A DNA stretch of 64,000 nt from an uncultured Spirochaetota bacterium (GTDB taxonomy: Bacteria; Spirochaetota; Brevinematia; Brevinematales; JAOACQ01), in NCBI GenBank assembly GCA_963835575.1, contig CAWIGG010000004.1, positions 864,001 through 928,000 on the forward strand, in the 5' to 3' direction. Positions 20,053 through 30,315 of the stretch are shown here, piece by piece (the stretch's first letter is position 1; every line of letters begins with the position of its first letter). The position numbers were made by a program, and so were the translations under genes. A model generated the notes under the pieces. That model did not search any database, was not told where the DNA came from, and was given only the letters and a program-made list of their open reading frames with translations.

Positions 20053-20165
20053 AATACTTAAAAGAATTTTAAAGGACAGAACTTTTCTTAATTTATTTTT
20101 GAATTTAAATTCAATCATTTGTATAATTTATACAATTGATTTATATTTTTATCAGGAATAGTATA

Positions 20166-21500
20166 ATGAATAAGGATAAATCTACTCCGCTGTTTGAAAA
20201 CATGAAGCATACGTTCAGGGCTTTCCGGAACAGGAATTACCGGCTTTTTTTCGGCGGCCAGGGTATTTCCCTCGTCGGGACCTGGCTCCAGCAGATCGCG
20301 ATGGGCTGGCTCGTTTACAGTATGACAAACTCAAAATTTCTACTCGGGTTTGTCAGTTTTTCGGGCCAGATACCGCTTCTGTTCCTGACGCCGCTGGCCG
20401 GGGTCCTGAGCGACAGGCTGAACCGCCGGACAATTCTGATTATAACACAGACGCTTTCCATGGTCCAGGCTTTGATATTGAGCGTTCTCGTGTTGACAGG
20501 GAATATACAGGTATGGCATATCATAGTCCTGTCGATATTTCTGGGCACGGTAAACGGGTTTGATATGCCGATACGTCAGGCGTTTGTCGTGGAAATGGTC
20601 GAAAAAAGAGAGGACCTCAGCAATGCCATTGCCCTGAATTCGGCCATGTTTAACGGAGCGCGTTTTATCGGTCCTTCCATCGGAGGTTTGCTCATCGCTG
20701 TTGTCGGCGAAGGGATGTGCTTTTTGCTGAACGGCATTAGTTATATAGCCGTTATTATCGCCCTGTTCCAGATAAGGACAAAGTTCAAAAAAAGAGAAGT
20801 AAAAAAAGAAAAAATCTTAACTGAATTAAAGGAAGGTTTTAAGTACACATTCGGTTTTCCGCCTCTGCGCGACATCATTCTTTTTATCGCGCTGGTCAGC
20901 CTGACGGCTATGCCCTATGCCGTCATCATGCCGGTCTTCGCGAAGGATATTCTCCATGGCGGGCCGCAGTCGCTCGGGTTTCTGATGACGGCTGTCGGCG
21001 CGGGCGCCCTTACGGGAGCGCTTTATCTCGCCTCGCGTAAAAACGTTCTGGGTCTTGGCAAAATCATTGCCGGGGCCGCGCTTTTTTTTGGAACAGGGCT
21101 GATTCTTTTTTCTATTTCCCGTCTGCATTGGCTTTCTCTGGTTATTCTCTATTTTACCGGGATCGGTATGATGATACAGACAGCCAGCTGCAATACTTTA
21201 CTGCAGACAATCACGGATGATGATAAACGGGGAAGGGTGATGAGCTTTTATTCCATGTCGTTCATGGGCATGGCGCCCTTCGGCAGTCTTTTAGTAGGCT
21301 TTTTATCTGACAGGATCAGCGCGCCGGCAACCGTTGCAATCGGGGGTATTTGCTGTATTCTGGCCGGTGTATTATTTTCCAGAAGGCTTCCAGATCTTCG
21401 AAAACTGATTCACCCGATTTATATCAGGAAAGGGATCATAAAGGAGATTGAGATCGGGCTTGAATCGGCCGCTCAGTTGACAAGGCCTCCGGACGCTTGA
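20166..21500 (+). CDS. MFS transporter (MFS_3 / transmembrane secretion effector family)
   Basis: RNYRLFFGGQGIS, GVLSDRLNRR, RGRVMS; about 12 TM helices. Confidence 0.9.
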   Translation: MNKDKSTPLFENMKHTFRAFRNRNYRLFFGGQGISLVGTWLQQIAMGWLVYSMTNSKFLLGFVSFSGQIPLLFLTPLAGVLSDRLNRRTILIITQTLSMVQALILSVLVLTGNIQVWHIIVLSIFLGTVNGFDMPIRQAFVVEMVEKREDLSNAIALNSAMFNGARFIGPSIGGLLIAVVGEGMCFLLNGISYIAVIIALFQIRTKFKKREVKKEKILTELKEGFKYTFGFPPLRDIILFIALVSLTAMPYAVIMPVFAKDILHGGPQSLGFLMTAVGAGALTGALYLASRKNVLGLGKIIAGAALFFGTGLILFSISRLHWLSLVILYFTGIGMMIQTASCNTLLQTITDDDKRGRVMSFYSMSFMGMAPFGSLLVGFLSDRISAPATVAIGGICCILAGVLFSRRLPDLRKLIHPIYIRKGIIKEIEIGLESAAQLTRPPDA

Positions 21501-21506
21501 TTCTCT

Positions 21507-21671
21507 TTATGCCCGGCCGGCCACGCTTTTCATGTACTTCTTCGGTTTTTTAACAAACAAATCCCGGCAATCCTTAGAACAGAAATAATAAGTCTTGTCG
21601 ACAATTTCGATTTCGGCAAACGCATCCCATTTTTCCAGTTCCATTCCGCAAACGGGATCTTTTTCTTTCAT
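21507..21671 (-). CDS. YHS/TRASH-domain protein (54 aa)
   Basis: Manual translation MKEKDPVCGMELEKWDAFAEIEIVDKTYYFCSKDCRDLFVKKPKKY...; ggagg RBS. Not in the ORF track. Confidence 0.85.
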   Translation of the reverse strand: MKEKDPVCGMELEKWDAFAEIEIVDKTYYFCSKDCRDLFVKKPKKYMKSVAGRA

Positions 21672-21788
21672 AAAAACCTCCATCGATTAGATTATTTAAA
21701 TTATAATTCCAGAAACTGTTTGCGTCAAGGCGGTACAACATTTGTTTCTATGCGTTAGAGGCCGGGTAAAATAACAATGCTATTGATT

Positions 21789-21832
21789 TAAGGGCAGTTC
21801 CAAAAACTTTAAGGTTTTTGGAACTGCCCTTA
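21789..21832. repeat. Perfect 19-bp palindrome (REP-like)
   Basis: taagggcagttccaaaaac-N6-gtttttggaactgccctta between divergent genes. Confidence 0.8.
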
Positions 21833-21841
21833 TAATAATTA

Positions 21842-21870
21842 TTGCTAAAAAACGAATAATTTATTATAAT
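21842..21870 (+). promoter_or_regulatory. Putative sigma70 promoter of the hydrogenase operon
   Basis: TTGCTA-17 nt-TATAAT. Confidence 0.55.
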
Positions 21871-21961
21871 ATCCAGTTAGAGTTCATTGTCCCATAGAAG
21901 ATTAGATCAATATTCACATCACTTAAAAATCACTGCATTTCTCTAATCCGAGGAGGAAAAC

Positions 21962-22450
21962 ATGTTTGAAAAGAAAGAAGCGGCTGTTCACCTGACCGAA
22001 AAACTCATCGCCTTTATTGATAAATGGAAACATGTGGAAGGCAGTTTGATCATGATCCTGCACAGCGTTCAGGAAGAATACGGCTATATACCGCGTGAAG
22101 TCGCCCTTCAGCTGTCCAGGATGCTGAACGTCCCCCTGGCGAAAATATACGGGGTTATCACGTTCTATCATTTCTTCAAGCTTAAAAAGCCCGGCAAATA
22201 TAATATAGCCGTCTGCATGGGGACGGCCTGCTACTTAAAAGGCGGAGAGGACATCCTGAACGAGCTGGAAACGCACCTCGGGATCGGCGTGGGCGGCATT
22301 ACGGAGGACAGTCTCTTCTCACTGGAAGCTGTACGGTGCGTCGGCTGCTGCGGCCTTTCCCCTGTGCTGACGATCAATAACGAAGTATTCGGGCGGCTGA
22401 CAAAAAAGGGAATACCGGAAATCCTCTCAAAATTCAAGAGTAAGGTATAA
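21962..22450 (+). CDS. [FeFe]-hydrogenase NuoE-like 2Fe-2S subunit (HydC/HndA)
   Basis: CMGTAC and CVGCC cysteine motifs. Confidence 0.92.
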   Translation: MFEKKEAAVHLTEKLIAFIDKWKHVEGSLIMILHSVQEEYGYIPREVALQLSRMLNVPLAKIYGVITFYHFFKLKKPGKYNIAVCMGTACYLKGGEDILNELETHLGIGVGGITEDSLFSLEAVRCVGCCGLSPVLTINNEVFGRLTKKGIPEILSKFKSKV

Positions 22451-22464
22451 AAAAGGGGGTTATT

Positions 22465-22854
22465 ATGTCAAAGCTGAATTTAAAGTCCCTGCAAACATTA
22501 AGGGAAAATGAAAAGAAAAAAATAAAGGATAAATTGTCGGAAGGTAAATTAACGACCATTTTGGTCGGCATGGGCACATGCGGCATAGCCGCCGGCGCGA
22601 AAGAAAGCATGAAGACCTTCATCGAGCAGGTGGAGAAAATGGGGCTGAAAGATGTGGAGGTCAAACCGACCGGGTGTATGGGGAGCTGTTTCGCGGAGCC
22701 GACCGTGGAGGTCATTTCTCCCGGTATGCCGGCCGTTCTTTACGGCAGAGTCACGCCGGGAACGGCAAAAAAAATCCTGGAGCGGCATGTTGTCCAGAAG
22801 CTGTTATTGAACGATAATATTTTTGACAAACCGGCGATGGATATTTTGAAGTAA
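22465..22854 (+). CDS. Thioredoxin-like 2Fe-2S ferredoxin subunit (HydD/HndB)
   Basis: VGMGTCGIAAGA, GCMGSCFAEP. Confidence 0.9.
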   Translation: MSKLNLKSLQTLRENEKKKIKDKLSEGKLTTILVGMGTCGIAAGAKESMKTFIEQVEKMGLKDVEVKPTGCMGSCFAEPTVEVISPGMPAVLYGRVTPGTAKKILERHVVQKLLLNDNIFDKPAMDILK

Positions 22855-22872
22855 AAGGGGGCAGTCAATCAT

Positions 22873-24659
22873 ATGACATATAAAAAGTATGTTCTTGTCT
22901 GCGGCTGCGCGAACTGCGACAAAAATAACTCGCATGAAATTTATGAAAATATCAATAAAGAACTGATCGCGGAAGGATTAAAGGAAGAAGTCCAGGTGGT
23001 CAAGGCCGGCTGTTTCGGCTTCTGCGGACAGGGGCCTGTCGTGAAAATACTTCCCGAAGAAACGATGTATGTGCATGTCGGGCCGGGCGACGCCGCGGCG
23101 ATTGTCAAAGAACATCTGAAAAATGGAAAGGTTGTAGCGCGCCTTCTTTATGATAAGAGTTTGAGCAGGAAGAACGTCAAAATTAAAGACATGGATTTTT
23201 ATCAAAAGCAGTTCCGCATCGTTTTGCGCAACTGCGGTGTGATCAACCCGGAAAGCATAAATGAATATATAGCCCGCGACGGGTATAAAGCCCTGGAAAG
23301 GGCGTTGTTTGAAATGAAGCCCGGTGATATTATCGAGGAATTGAAAACCGCCGGGCTCCGCGGCAGGGGCGGAGCGGGCTATCCGACATGGAAAAAATGG
23401 GTCCTTACAAAAGATGAGAACTCGGACATCAAGTATGTCGTCTGCAACGCGGATGAGGGAGACCCGGGCGCCTATATGAACCGGAGCACCATCGAAGGCG
23501 ACCCGCACAGTATTCTCGAGGCGATGACTGTCTGCGGCTATACTGTCGGCTCCCATAACGGCTATATCTACATCCGCGCCGAGTATCCGCTTGCCATTCA
23601 AAGGCTGGAAATAGCGATAAAACAGGCGCATGAGCTGGGGCTCCTCGGCAAAAACATCCTCGGAAGCGGTTTTGATTTCGACATCGAGATCCGCCTCGGA
23701 GCGGGAGCGTATGTCTGCGGAGAGGAAACGGCGCTGATCGCTTCCATAGAAGGGAACAGGGGTATGCCGAGGCCCAGGCCTCCATTCCCTTCAGCAAAAG
23801 GGCTCTGGAACAAACCGACCGTGATCAATAACGCCGAAACCTGGGCTAATATTCCCGTCATCCTGACAAAGGGCGGGAAGTGGTTCTCGTCTATCGGCAC
23901 AGAAACATCGAAAGGAACAAAGGTTTTCGCTCTGACGGGAAAGGTCAATAATTCCGGCCTGGTCGAGGTCCCGATGGGGACAACTTTGAGGGAAGTGATT
24001 TTCGACATCGGCGGCGGAATAAAAGACGGCAGAGAGTTCAAAGCGGCCCAGAGCGGCGGGCCTTCGGGCGGCGTCATTCCGGCGGAATATCTGGACACGC
24101 CCATCGACTATGAGAATCTGCAGAAACTGGGCGCCATCATGGGCTCGGCGGGCTGATCGTCATGGACGAGGACGACTGCATGGTCGACATAGCGAAGTTT
24201 TACATGCAGTTCGCCGTGGACGAGAGCTGCGGGAAATGCTCGCCTTGCCGGATCGGGGGAAAACAGCTTCTGGAAACCCTTGAGTTGATCAGTAAAGGAA
24301 AGGGGCAGATGGAGCACCTGGCCAACCTCAAAAGGATTTGTTTCGCGATGCAGAAGGCCTCTCTCTGCGGACTGGGGCAGAATACGCCGAACCCGGTGCT
24401 TTCCACGCTCAAGTATTTCGAGGGCGAATATATCGACCATATTCAGAATAAGAAATGCCATTCCGGATCATGCAAGAGCCTTATCAGCTTTGTTATCGAT
24501 CCTGAAAAATGCATCGGCTGCGGCCTCTGCGCCATGAAATGCCCGGTGAACTGCATCGGCGGTGAAAAACGGAAGCCCTATACGATCGATCAGATCGAGT
24601 GCATCAAATGCGGCGAATGCTTTGAAGTCTGCAAATTCGGCGCCGTGATCAGGCAGTAA
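22873..24659 (+). CDS. [FeFe]-hydrogenase NuoF-like flavin subunit (HydB/HndC), split by a 1-nt frameshift near 24148
   Basis: GRGGAG, NADEGDPG, CGEET, GGPSGG; then ESCGKCSPCR and two 4Fe-4S motifs in the next frame. One added G restores GSGGLIVMD. Confidence 0.88.
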
Positions 24660-24789
24660 CAGCAAGTTGCAATCAATATTAGAGCAACTTTGTTGTGCGG
24701 GACTCGGCTCTGACTTACGAAAGTGTTTCTCTGCCGGGGAAAGAGCACAACAAATAGCTGCTTTTTGATTGCAAGATAAAGGGGGAAAT

Positions 24790-26550
24790 ATGGAAAAGAT
24801 AAAGAAGATCAATGTAAAAATAAACGGCATACCGGTCAAAGTTGACGGTAATTCGACCATTCTCAACGCGGCCAGGCTGGTCCAGGTGAACATCCCAAAA
24901 CTCTGCAATCATCCCGACCTTCCGCCGAGCGCGGCTTGCGGGCTCTGCATTGTGAAGATCAAAGGCTCGTCCAAAATGGTCCGCGCATGCGCGACCGCTG
25001 TCGAAGAGGGAATGGACATCACGACGCACGACCCGGAATTATTCGGGGTCAGAAGGACGGTGCTCGAGCTGATCCTTTCCAACCATCCGAATGACTGCCT
25101 CCAGTGCGCCCGTAACGGCAACTGCGAGCTCCAGCAATTGGCGGGCGATTTCGGGATCAGGGAAGTGGACTTCTCTCAGATGCTGGTGAACCATCCCGTC
25201 GACAATTCGACCGGTTCGATCGTCCTGAACCCGGAAAAATGCGTCAAATGCGGTAGATGTGTCGAAGTCTGCCAGATCATGCAGCACGTCTGGGCGATCG
25301 AGTTCATCGGCAGGGGATATAACATGAGGATCGCGCCCGCCGCGGACACGCTTCTGAAAGACAGCCCATGCATCAAGTGCGGACAGTGTACGGCGCACTG
25401 CCCCGTCGGCGCGCTGTATGAAAAAAGTGATAATGTCCGGGTCTGGCAGGACCTGGAGAACCAGGACCTGCATAAAGTCGTTCAGATCGCGCCGGCAACG
25501 CGCGTGGCTCTGGGCGAGGCGTTCGGGCTGGAACCCGGCGCCGTGACGACAAAAAAAATGTACACGATTTTGAGAAGGCTCGGGTTTGACGCCGTTTTCG
25601 ACACAAACTTCGGTGCAGACCTGACTATAATGGAAGAAGCCTCCGAGTTTGTCCAGCGGTTTGGAAAGAAAAAGGGCGATCTGCCGCTTATCACGAGCTG
25701 CTGTCCCGGTTGGGTGGACTACCTTGAAAAATTCTATCCCGAGATGATCCCGCATTTTTCGACGGCAAAATCCCCTCATCAGATGGTGGGCGTCCTGTCC
25801 AAAACCTATTACGCGCAGAAGATGGGAATAGACCCGGCCAAAATATATATGGTGTCGATCATGCCCTGTACGGCGAAGAAGTATGAGATCAGCCGGACGG
25901 ACGAGATGTTCGCGAGCGGCTACCAGGACATCGATGTCGTGCTGACGACGCGCGAGCTTTCCAGGATGATCAAGGCCTCAGGCATCGACTTCCTCAATCT
26001 GCCCGATTCCGAGGCGGATTCGATCCTGGGCGACTATTCCGGGGCGGCGACGATCTTCGGCGCCACGGGCGGCGTTATGGAAGCGGCGCTGAGGACGGCC
26101 TACCACCTCATCACGAAAAAAGAGCTGGGCAATGTGGACTTTGTGGAAACACGGGGGCTCAATGGAATAAAAACAGCGAAGGTCGATATAGAAGGAAAGG
26201 AAGTGAAGATCGCCGTGGCGCATGGACTTGCCAATGTCGAATTTATTATGGAAGAGGTCAAGGCCGCGCAAAAGGAAGGCAAAGAACTTCCCTATCATAT
26301 CATCGAAGTGATGGCATGCCGCGGCGGGTGCGTCGGCGGGGGCGGACAGCCCTACGGCGCGACGGACGAGATCCGCAGGAAGAGGGCCATGGGCCTCTAT
26401 GAGGACGACCGCGAAAGCATCCGGCGCTGTTCGTACCAGAACCCGTATATCAAGGAACTGTACGACGAATTCCTGGGGACGCCGTTGTCGGAAAAGGCGC
26501 ATGAGCTTCTGCACACGCAGTACCATGAAAGGCCGCTGTATAATAAGTAA
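24790..26550 (+). CDS. hydA: [FeFe]-hydrogenase catalytic subunit (group A, HydA/HndD)
   Basis: H-cluster motifs TSCCPGW, MPCTAKKYE, EVMACRGGCVGGGGQP; N-terminal 2Fe-2S, His-ligated and 2x4Fe-4S clusters. Confidence 0.95.
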   Translation: MEKIKKINVKINGIPVKVDGNSTILNAARLVQVNIPKLCNHPDLPPSAACGLCIVKIKGSSKMVRACATAVEEGMDITTHDPELFGVRRTVLELILSNHPNDCLQCARNGNCELQQLAGDFGIREVDFSQMLVNHPVDNSTGSIVLNPEKCVKCGRCVEVCQIMQHVWAIEFIGRGYNMRIAPAADTLLKDSPCIKCGQCTAHCPVGALYEKSDNVRVWQDLENQDLHKVVQIAPATRVALGEAFGLEPGAVTTKKMYTILRRLGFDAVFDTNFGADLTIMEEASEFVQRFGKKKGDLPLITSCCPGWVDYLEKFYPEMIPHFSTAKSPHQMVGVLSKTYYAQKMGIDPAKIYMVSIMPCTAKKYEISRTDEMFASGYQDIDVVLTTRELSRMIKASGIDFLNLPDSEADSILGDYSGAATIFGATGGVMEAALRTAYHLITKKELGNVDFVETRGLNGIKTAKVDIEGKEVKIAVAHGLANVEFIMEEVKAAQKEGKELPYHIIEVMACRGGCVGGGGQPYGATDEIRRKRAMGLYEDDRESIRRCSYQNPYIKELYDEFLGTPLSEKAHELLHTQYHERPLYNK

Positions 26551-26565
26551 CACTGCAGAATGAAG

Positions 26566-26662
26566 CCGTCCCTTCGCAAGCTCAGGGCAGGCTATTGCGA
26601 GCGGAAATTTATCGTCATCGCAATAGTTTTACGCGCGAAGCAATGGTTCGACAGGCTCACCA
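26566..26662. repeat. REP-like short elements
   Basis: cccttcgcaagctcagggcagg and ggttcgacaggctcacc; related cccttggctgtgctcgggacagg at ~38594. Confidence 0.5.
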
Positions 26663-26719
26663 CGGCGTCTGTCAGCTCATTAAGGTTTTTTATCAGCAAA
26701 CAAAAAAGAGAGGTATATA

Positions 26720-27484
26720 ATGTTCGAATCCGTAAAATCAAGGATCAGCCATGGTTTTCCATACATTCCGAATATCCGGAAAGCGGGTGTGGACGAAAAA
26801 TTCCGCGGTCTTCCATCATTAAAGAAAAATGTCTGTAAAGACTGCTCATCGTGCGTCGAGGTTTGCCCGACCGGGGCCATCTCGCTTAAATCGTTCAGGA
26901 TAGACATCGGCAAGTGCATCTTCTGCGGCGACTGTGAGAGGGAGTGTTCAAAAGGCGCTGTAAATTTTACACCATTTCATAAAACGGCAGCCTCATCGCG
27001 GGAAGCCCTTATCGTTTCGGAAGGGGATTCTTCCGCCGATTTCGAGAAGAAGGCAATACAGATAGACGAAAAGATACGAAGTATCTTCGGAAGGTCGCTG
27101 AAGCTCCGGCAGGTCTCGGCCGGCGGATGCAGCGCCTGCGAGATGGAGCTCGGCGCCTGCTCGAACGTCAATTTCGACATGGGGCGCTTCGGCATCGAGT
27201 TTACCGCCTCCCCCCGCCATGCGGACGGGATCGTCATAACCGGGCCTGTAACATTTAATATGGCTGAAGCCCTGGAAGACGCCCTGAGCGCAGTGCCGGA
27301 ACCGAAGCTCATCATCGCCGTGGGAAGCTGCGCGATCAGCGGCGGGATTTTTCAGGACTCGCCGGCGATGAAGAGGGATTTTTTCGAGAAGCATAAAGTG
27401 GATTTGTATGTGCCGGGATGTCCCATCCATCCTTTGACGTTTATCAACGGACTGCTGGATTTTACAAGGGGCAAAAGGGATTAG
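26720..27484 (+). CDS. Ehr/Hyf-type small subunit: 2x4Fe-4S ferredoxin fused to a NuoB-like domain
   Basis: CxxCxxCxxxCP motifs, GGCSACE, SPRHAD, GSCA, PGCP. Confidence 0.88.
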   Translation: MFESVKSRISHGFPYIPNIRKAGVDEKFRGLPSLKKNVCKDCSSCVEVCPTGAISLKSFRIDIGKCIFCGDCERECSKGAVNFTPFHKTAASSREALIVSEGDSSADFEKKAIQIDEKIRSIFGRSLKLRQVSAGGCSACEMELGACSNVNFDMGRFGIEFTASPRHADGIVITGPVTFNMAEALEDALSAVPEPKLIIAVGSCAISGGIFQDSPAMKRDFFEKHKVDLYVPGCPIHPLTFINGLLDFTRGKRD

Positions 27485-27620
27485 CCACGAGGCACGGAGG
27501 ATGGGCTACGCCTGACAGATAAAAGCTCTATACTATGAATTCCTTTCTGTTTTATTAAAAATCATGATTCAATCCCAATTTCACACAGATTGCACGGATG
27601 AGGCGGATTGACGCGGATTA
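27484..27620 (+). repeat. Left-hand periodic repeats flanking the kinase gene
   Basis: gccacgaggcacggag; cccaatttcacacagattgcacggatgaggcggattgacgcggatt, near reverse complement of 19860-19897. Confidence 0.7.
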
Positions 27621-27689
27621 TCTGTAGTAACTTATGTTTTGGCTTTTTCTAAAAAAACACTTTTTCAACAATCTCGTAAAGCGGCGAAA

Positions 27690-29216
27690 TTACGCTAAAA
27701 GTAGACGTAACCACTTCTCTATTTCAGCATTTTCAAGTTTTTTCGTTTCTACTTCTCGTACATGCATAGCAACTCTAGAGAGATTATATTCATTATAGAA
27801 TTCGTTACTATCCAAAGCGTAATTTTCTTTATGCGGTCCACGAACTAAAGCAGAATCTTTAAATATAGCAAAATACCATTCTCCATAAATATCATCTTGC
27901 TTTTCTTTCCTTAAAATCAAATTCACGGAATATTCGTTCTTTGTACCACTTAAATTCATCACCCCAACCAAAATTATCAGTTCTTTATCGAAAATTATAC
28001 CTTCAGGTTCTTGCATAACCATTCCATATTTTTGTTTCTGAAATTCTATAGATCTTCTTCTTCGTTCATCTTTATAATTAGCAATCCCATTCACATCAAA
28101 AAATGATATATCTAATGCTCGTTCCATAAAAGATACTCTTAGACTTTCTAAATTATTTCTTTTCCCATTTTTTATGATGAATTTTGCATTTTCTAAGTTT
28201 TTGTTCACAGACTCAACTAGAGAACATACAGAATTAATCAATTCATTGATAGAATAATTTAAATATCGCAACTTCTCCTCATGTTCATCTTGTCTCTTTG
28301 AGCTTTTTGCCAATTCCTCTTCTTTTTTTCTAATAAGCTGATGAGCCATACTAGCAATCGACGTAGCTATATTCGCGTCTTTTGTATTACTTTTAAGAAA
28401 ATCGTTAAGACTCTTAAGTATTTCTTCATCATTTTTATATCGCTGGTCCTTTTTTTTATTTGACATCTTTATGATTATTTCTTTTAATTTTATAGGAACA
28501 TCGCTTCTATTTGTACTTAAATCCGGTAACGGTTCAAATAGATGACACTGTCTATAATCTTGTGGTGTTGCACAAATATAGGGTTTCTTAAGTGTTAAGA
28601 TTTCAAAGAACATTATCCCCATTGAATAAATGTCCATTGAAATCGTATTTGCTTCTCCAAGCCATGCTTCAGGAGACATATAAGCATAAGTCCCTGCACC
28701 TTTAAAAGAGAATGTTTTTGTTGATTCATCTACATATTTTGACATTCCAAAATCGCAAACCTTAGCTGTGCCATCCACATCAATTAATATATTATTCGGC
28801 TTCAAGTCTCTATGTATCACTTTTTTATGAGCATATTCCAATCCTTTCAATATATCTGTAAAAATACTATAGCATTTATCCAAAGGCAACATAACCTTCT
28901 GCGTTTTTAGAAATGCATCTAGGCTGCCATTAGGCATATATTTCATTACCAAATAAAAATAATCACCCGCATCACTTTCTCCAGAATAGTAAGTACTTAT
29001 TATATTAGCATGTGCTAGTGTGGCGGATATATCTATTTCTCTTTTTAAGGTTTGTCTATATTGCTCATCAAAGATAGGGGCAATTTTTATTGCCACTTTC
29101 GTTTTATTTATTAAATCATCAGATAGATAGACGTCGCCAAATCCACCTGCATTAATTTTTGTACCAAGCTCATACTGTTCACTGCTTTCAGGACCTCGTA
29201 ATTTATTCATGACCAC
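27690..29216 (-). CDS. Hanks-type Ser/Thr protein kinase with uncharacterised C-terminal domain
   Basis: GGFGDV, VAIK, HRDLKPNN, DFG, SPE; markedly AT-rich. Confidence 0.92.
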   Translation of the reverse strand: MVMNKLRGPESSEQYELGTKINAGGFGDVYLSDDLINKTKVAIKIAPIFDEQYRQTLKREIDISATLAHANIISTYYSGESDAGDYFYLVMKYMPNGSLDAFLKTQKVMLPLDKCYSIFTDILKGLEYAHKKVIHRDLKPNNILIDVDGTAKVCDFGMSKYVDESTKTFSFKGAGTYAYMSPEAWLGEANTISMDIYSMGIMFFEILTLKKPYICATPQDYRQCHLFEPLPDLSTNRSDVPIKLKEIIIKMSNKKKDQRYKNDEEILKSLNDFLKSNTKDANIATSIASMAHQLIRKKEEELAKSSKRQDEHEEKLRYLNYSINELINSVCSLVESVNKNLENAKFIIKNGKRNNLESLRVSFMERALDISFFDVNGIANYKDERRRRSIEFQKQKYGMVMQEPEGIIFDKELIILVGVMNLSGTKNEYSVNLILRKEKQDDIYGEWYFAIFKDSALVRGPHKENYALDSNEFYNEYNLSRVAMHVREVETKKLENAEIEKWLRLLLA

Positions 29217-29295
29217 TTTTACTCCCTCATATGAAATTTGTATTACGTCTTACTTCATATAAGCAAATTTAATATATGTGAATTTTCTCCCCTTC

Positions 29296-29324
29296 ATCTT
29301 AATAAAGCCCAATTCACCTGTCAA
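29296..29324 (-). promoter_or_regulatory. sigma70 promoter, repeated module copy 1
   Basis: TTGACA-ggtgaattgggctttat-TAAGAT on the minus strand. Confidence 0.7.
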
Positions 29325-29344
29325 GACCGATATCGGGACGCAAT

Positions 29345-29510
29345 AATCTGATCCGTGAAAATCCGCATCATCCGCCTAATCCGCGTGCCGAATCGGATCA
29401 GTACAATAAGGCGGCAATTATTATAGAATTACAATAGCTTAACAAAGGCATTGAAATGAAATAATTCTCTGTGCCCCTGTGTCTCGATAGCGAATTCTCT
29501 GTGGCGGTTT
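29345..29510 (-). repeat. Right-hand periodic repeats flanking the kinase gene
   Basis: atccgtgaaaatccgcatcatccgcctaatccgcgtgccgaatcggat, then ctctgtgcccctgtg and ctctgtggc; inverted relative to 27484-27620. Confidence 0.7.
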
Positions 29511-29521
29511 ATCCTGTAATT

Positions 29522-30178
29522 CTATTTATCCTTCCATAGTGTCTCGCCCTTTATGAGCCATGAAACGCCGAAAGCCCATAGAGTGAATGATTCCAGAATC
29601 AAATCGGGTTTGATAATTGAAATTATTGAAGTCTTTAAAAAGAATTCATATATTCCAATCAAGATTATAGAAATGACTATTATGATACCGCAGGCTCTAT
29701 ATATTCTATTTCTCACTATTTTTTGACCGGTCATTATTTTGGCGTTGCTTTTTGTAAACAGGAAGAAGGATATAAAAGCCAGTATCCCGAAGAATAAGCC
29801 GGCGCATATAAAATGAATTACCCCGGAAATATGATCGCTGATCTGAAATGTCCCGACTATTACGGCCTGATCACTTCCTGTAAATGTCGGAAACAGAGTC
29901 ACTCCAAGAGCGCAGGCCCCGCAGATTGTCGCTATAATATCGTCAAAATTACCGTAACCTTTGTAAGAGATTAAAAACAGGGCCAATCCGCATGTAATGC
30001 CGATAAAAACATCCCTCAAATTCGTATAATAATAACTGCTGATCGATTCCTGGATCGCTTTTCCCGCGATCAAACCGCCGATGAATAAAATAAACGGCAG
30101 GATAATCCCTAAAATACCGAGAATCCGGCGCATTGTTAAATACGATATTGTCAGACAATTGCTCTTTGGAACAGGCAT
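29522..30178 (-). CDS. Hypothetical membrane protein (DUF998-like)
   Basis: About six TM helices; SISSYYYT, FPT, IHFICA; aggagg RBS. Confidence 0.75.
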   Translation of the reverse strand: MPVPKSNCLTISYLTMRRILGILGIILPFILFIGGLIAGKAIQESISSYYYTNLRDVFIGITCGLALFLISYKGYGNFDDIIATICGACALGVTLFPTFTGSDQAVIVGTFQISDHISGVIHFICAGLFFGILAFISFFLFTKSNAKIMTGQKIVRNRIYRACGIIIVISIILIGIYEFFLKTSIISIIKPDLILESFTLWAFGVSWLIKGETLWKDK

Positions 30179-30315
30179 TGTTTCCTCCTTAAAGTTTTAG
30201 GTATTACTTCTGATATAATGCAAATTACAGAAATTTAGAGATTGCCGGGCGATTTTGCCAAAAGTGTACTCGCCGCAGCCGGCAACTTGATTTTAGACGT
30301 TGTAAAGAAAAAGTG

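Noticed and set aside
21895..21925. Rex operator upstream of the hydrogenase
   Set aside because: Only one half-site (ttcaca) resembles TTGTGAA-N4-TTCACAA.
26560..26838. 92-aa ORF after hydA
   Set aside because: It spans REP-like repeats and overlaps the next gene out of frame.
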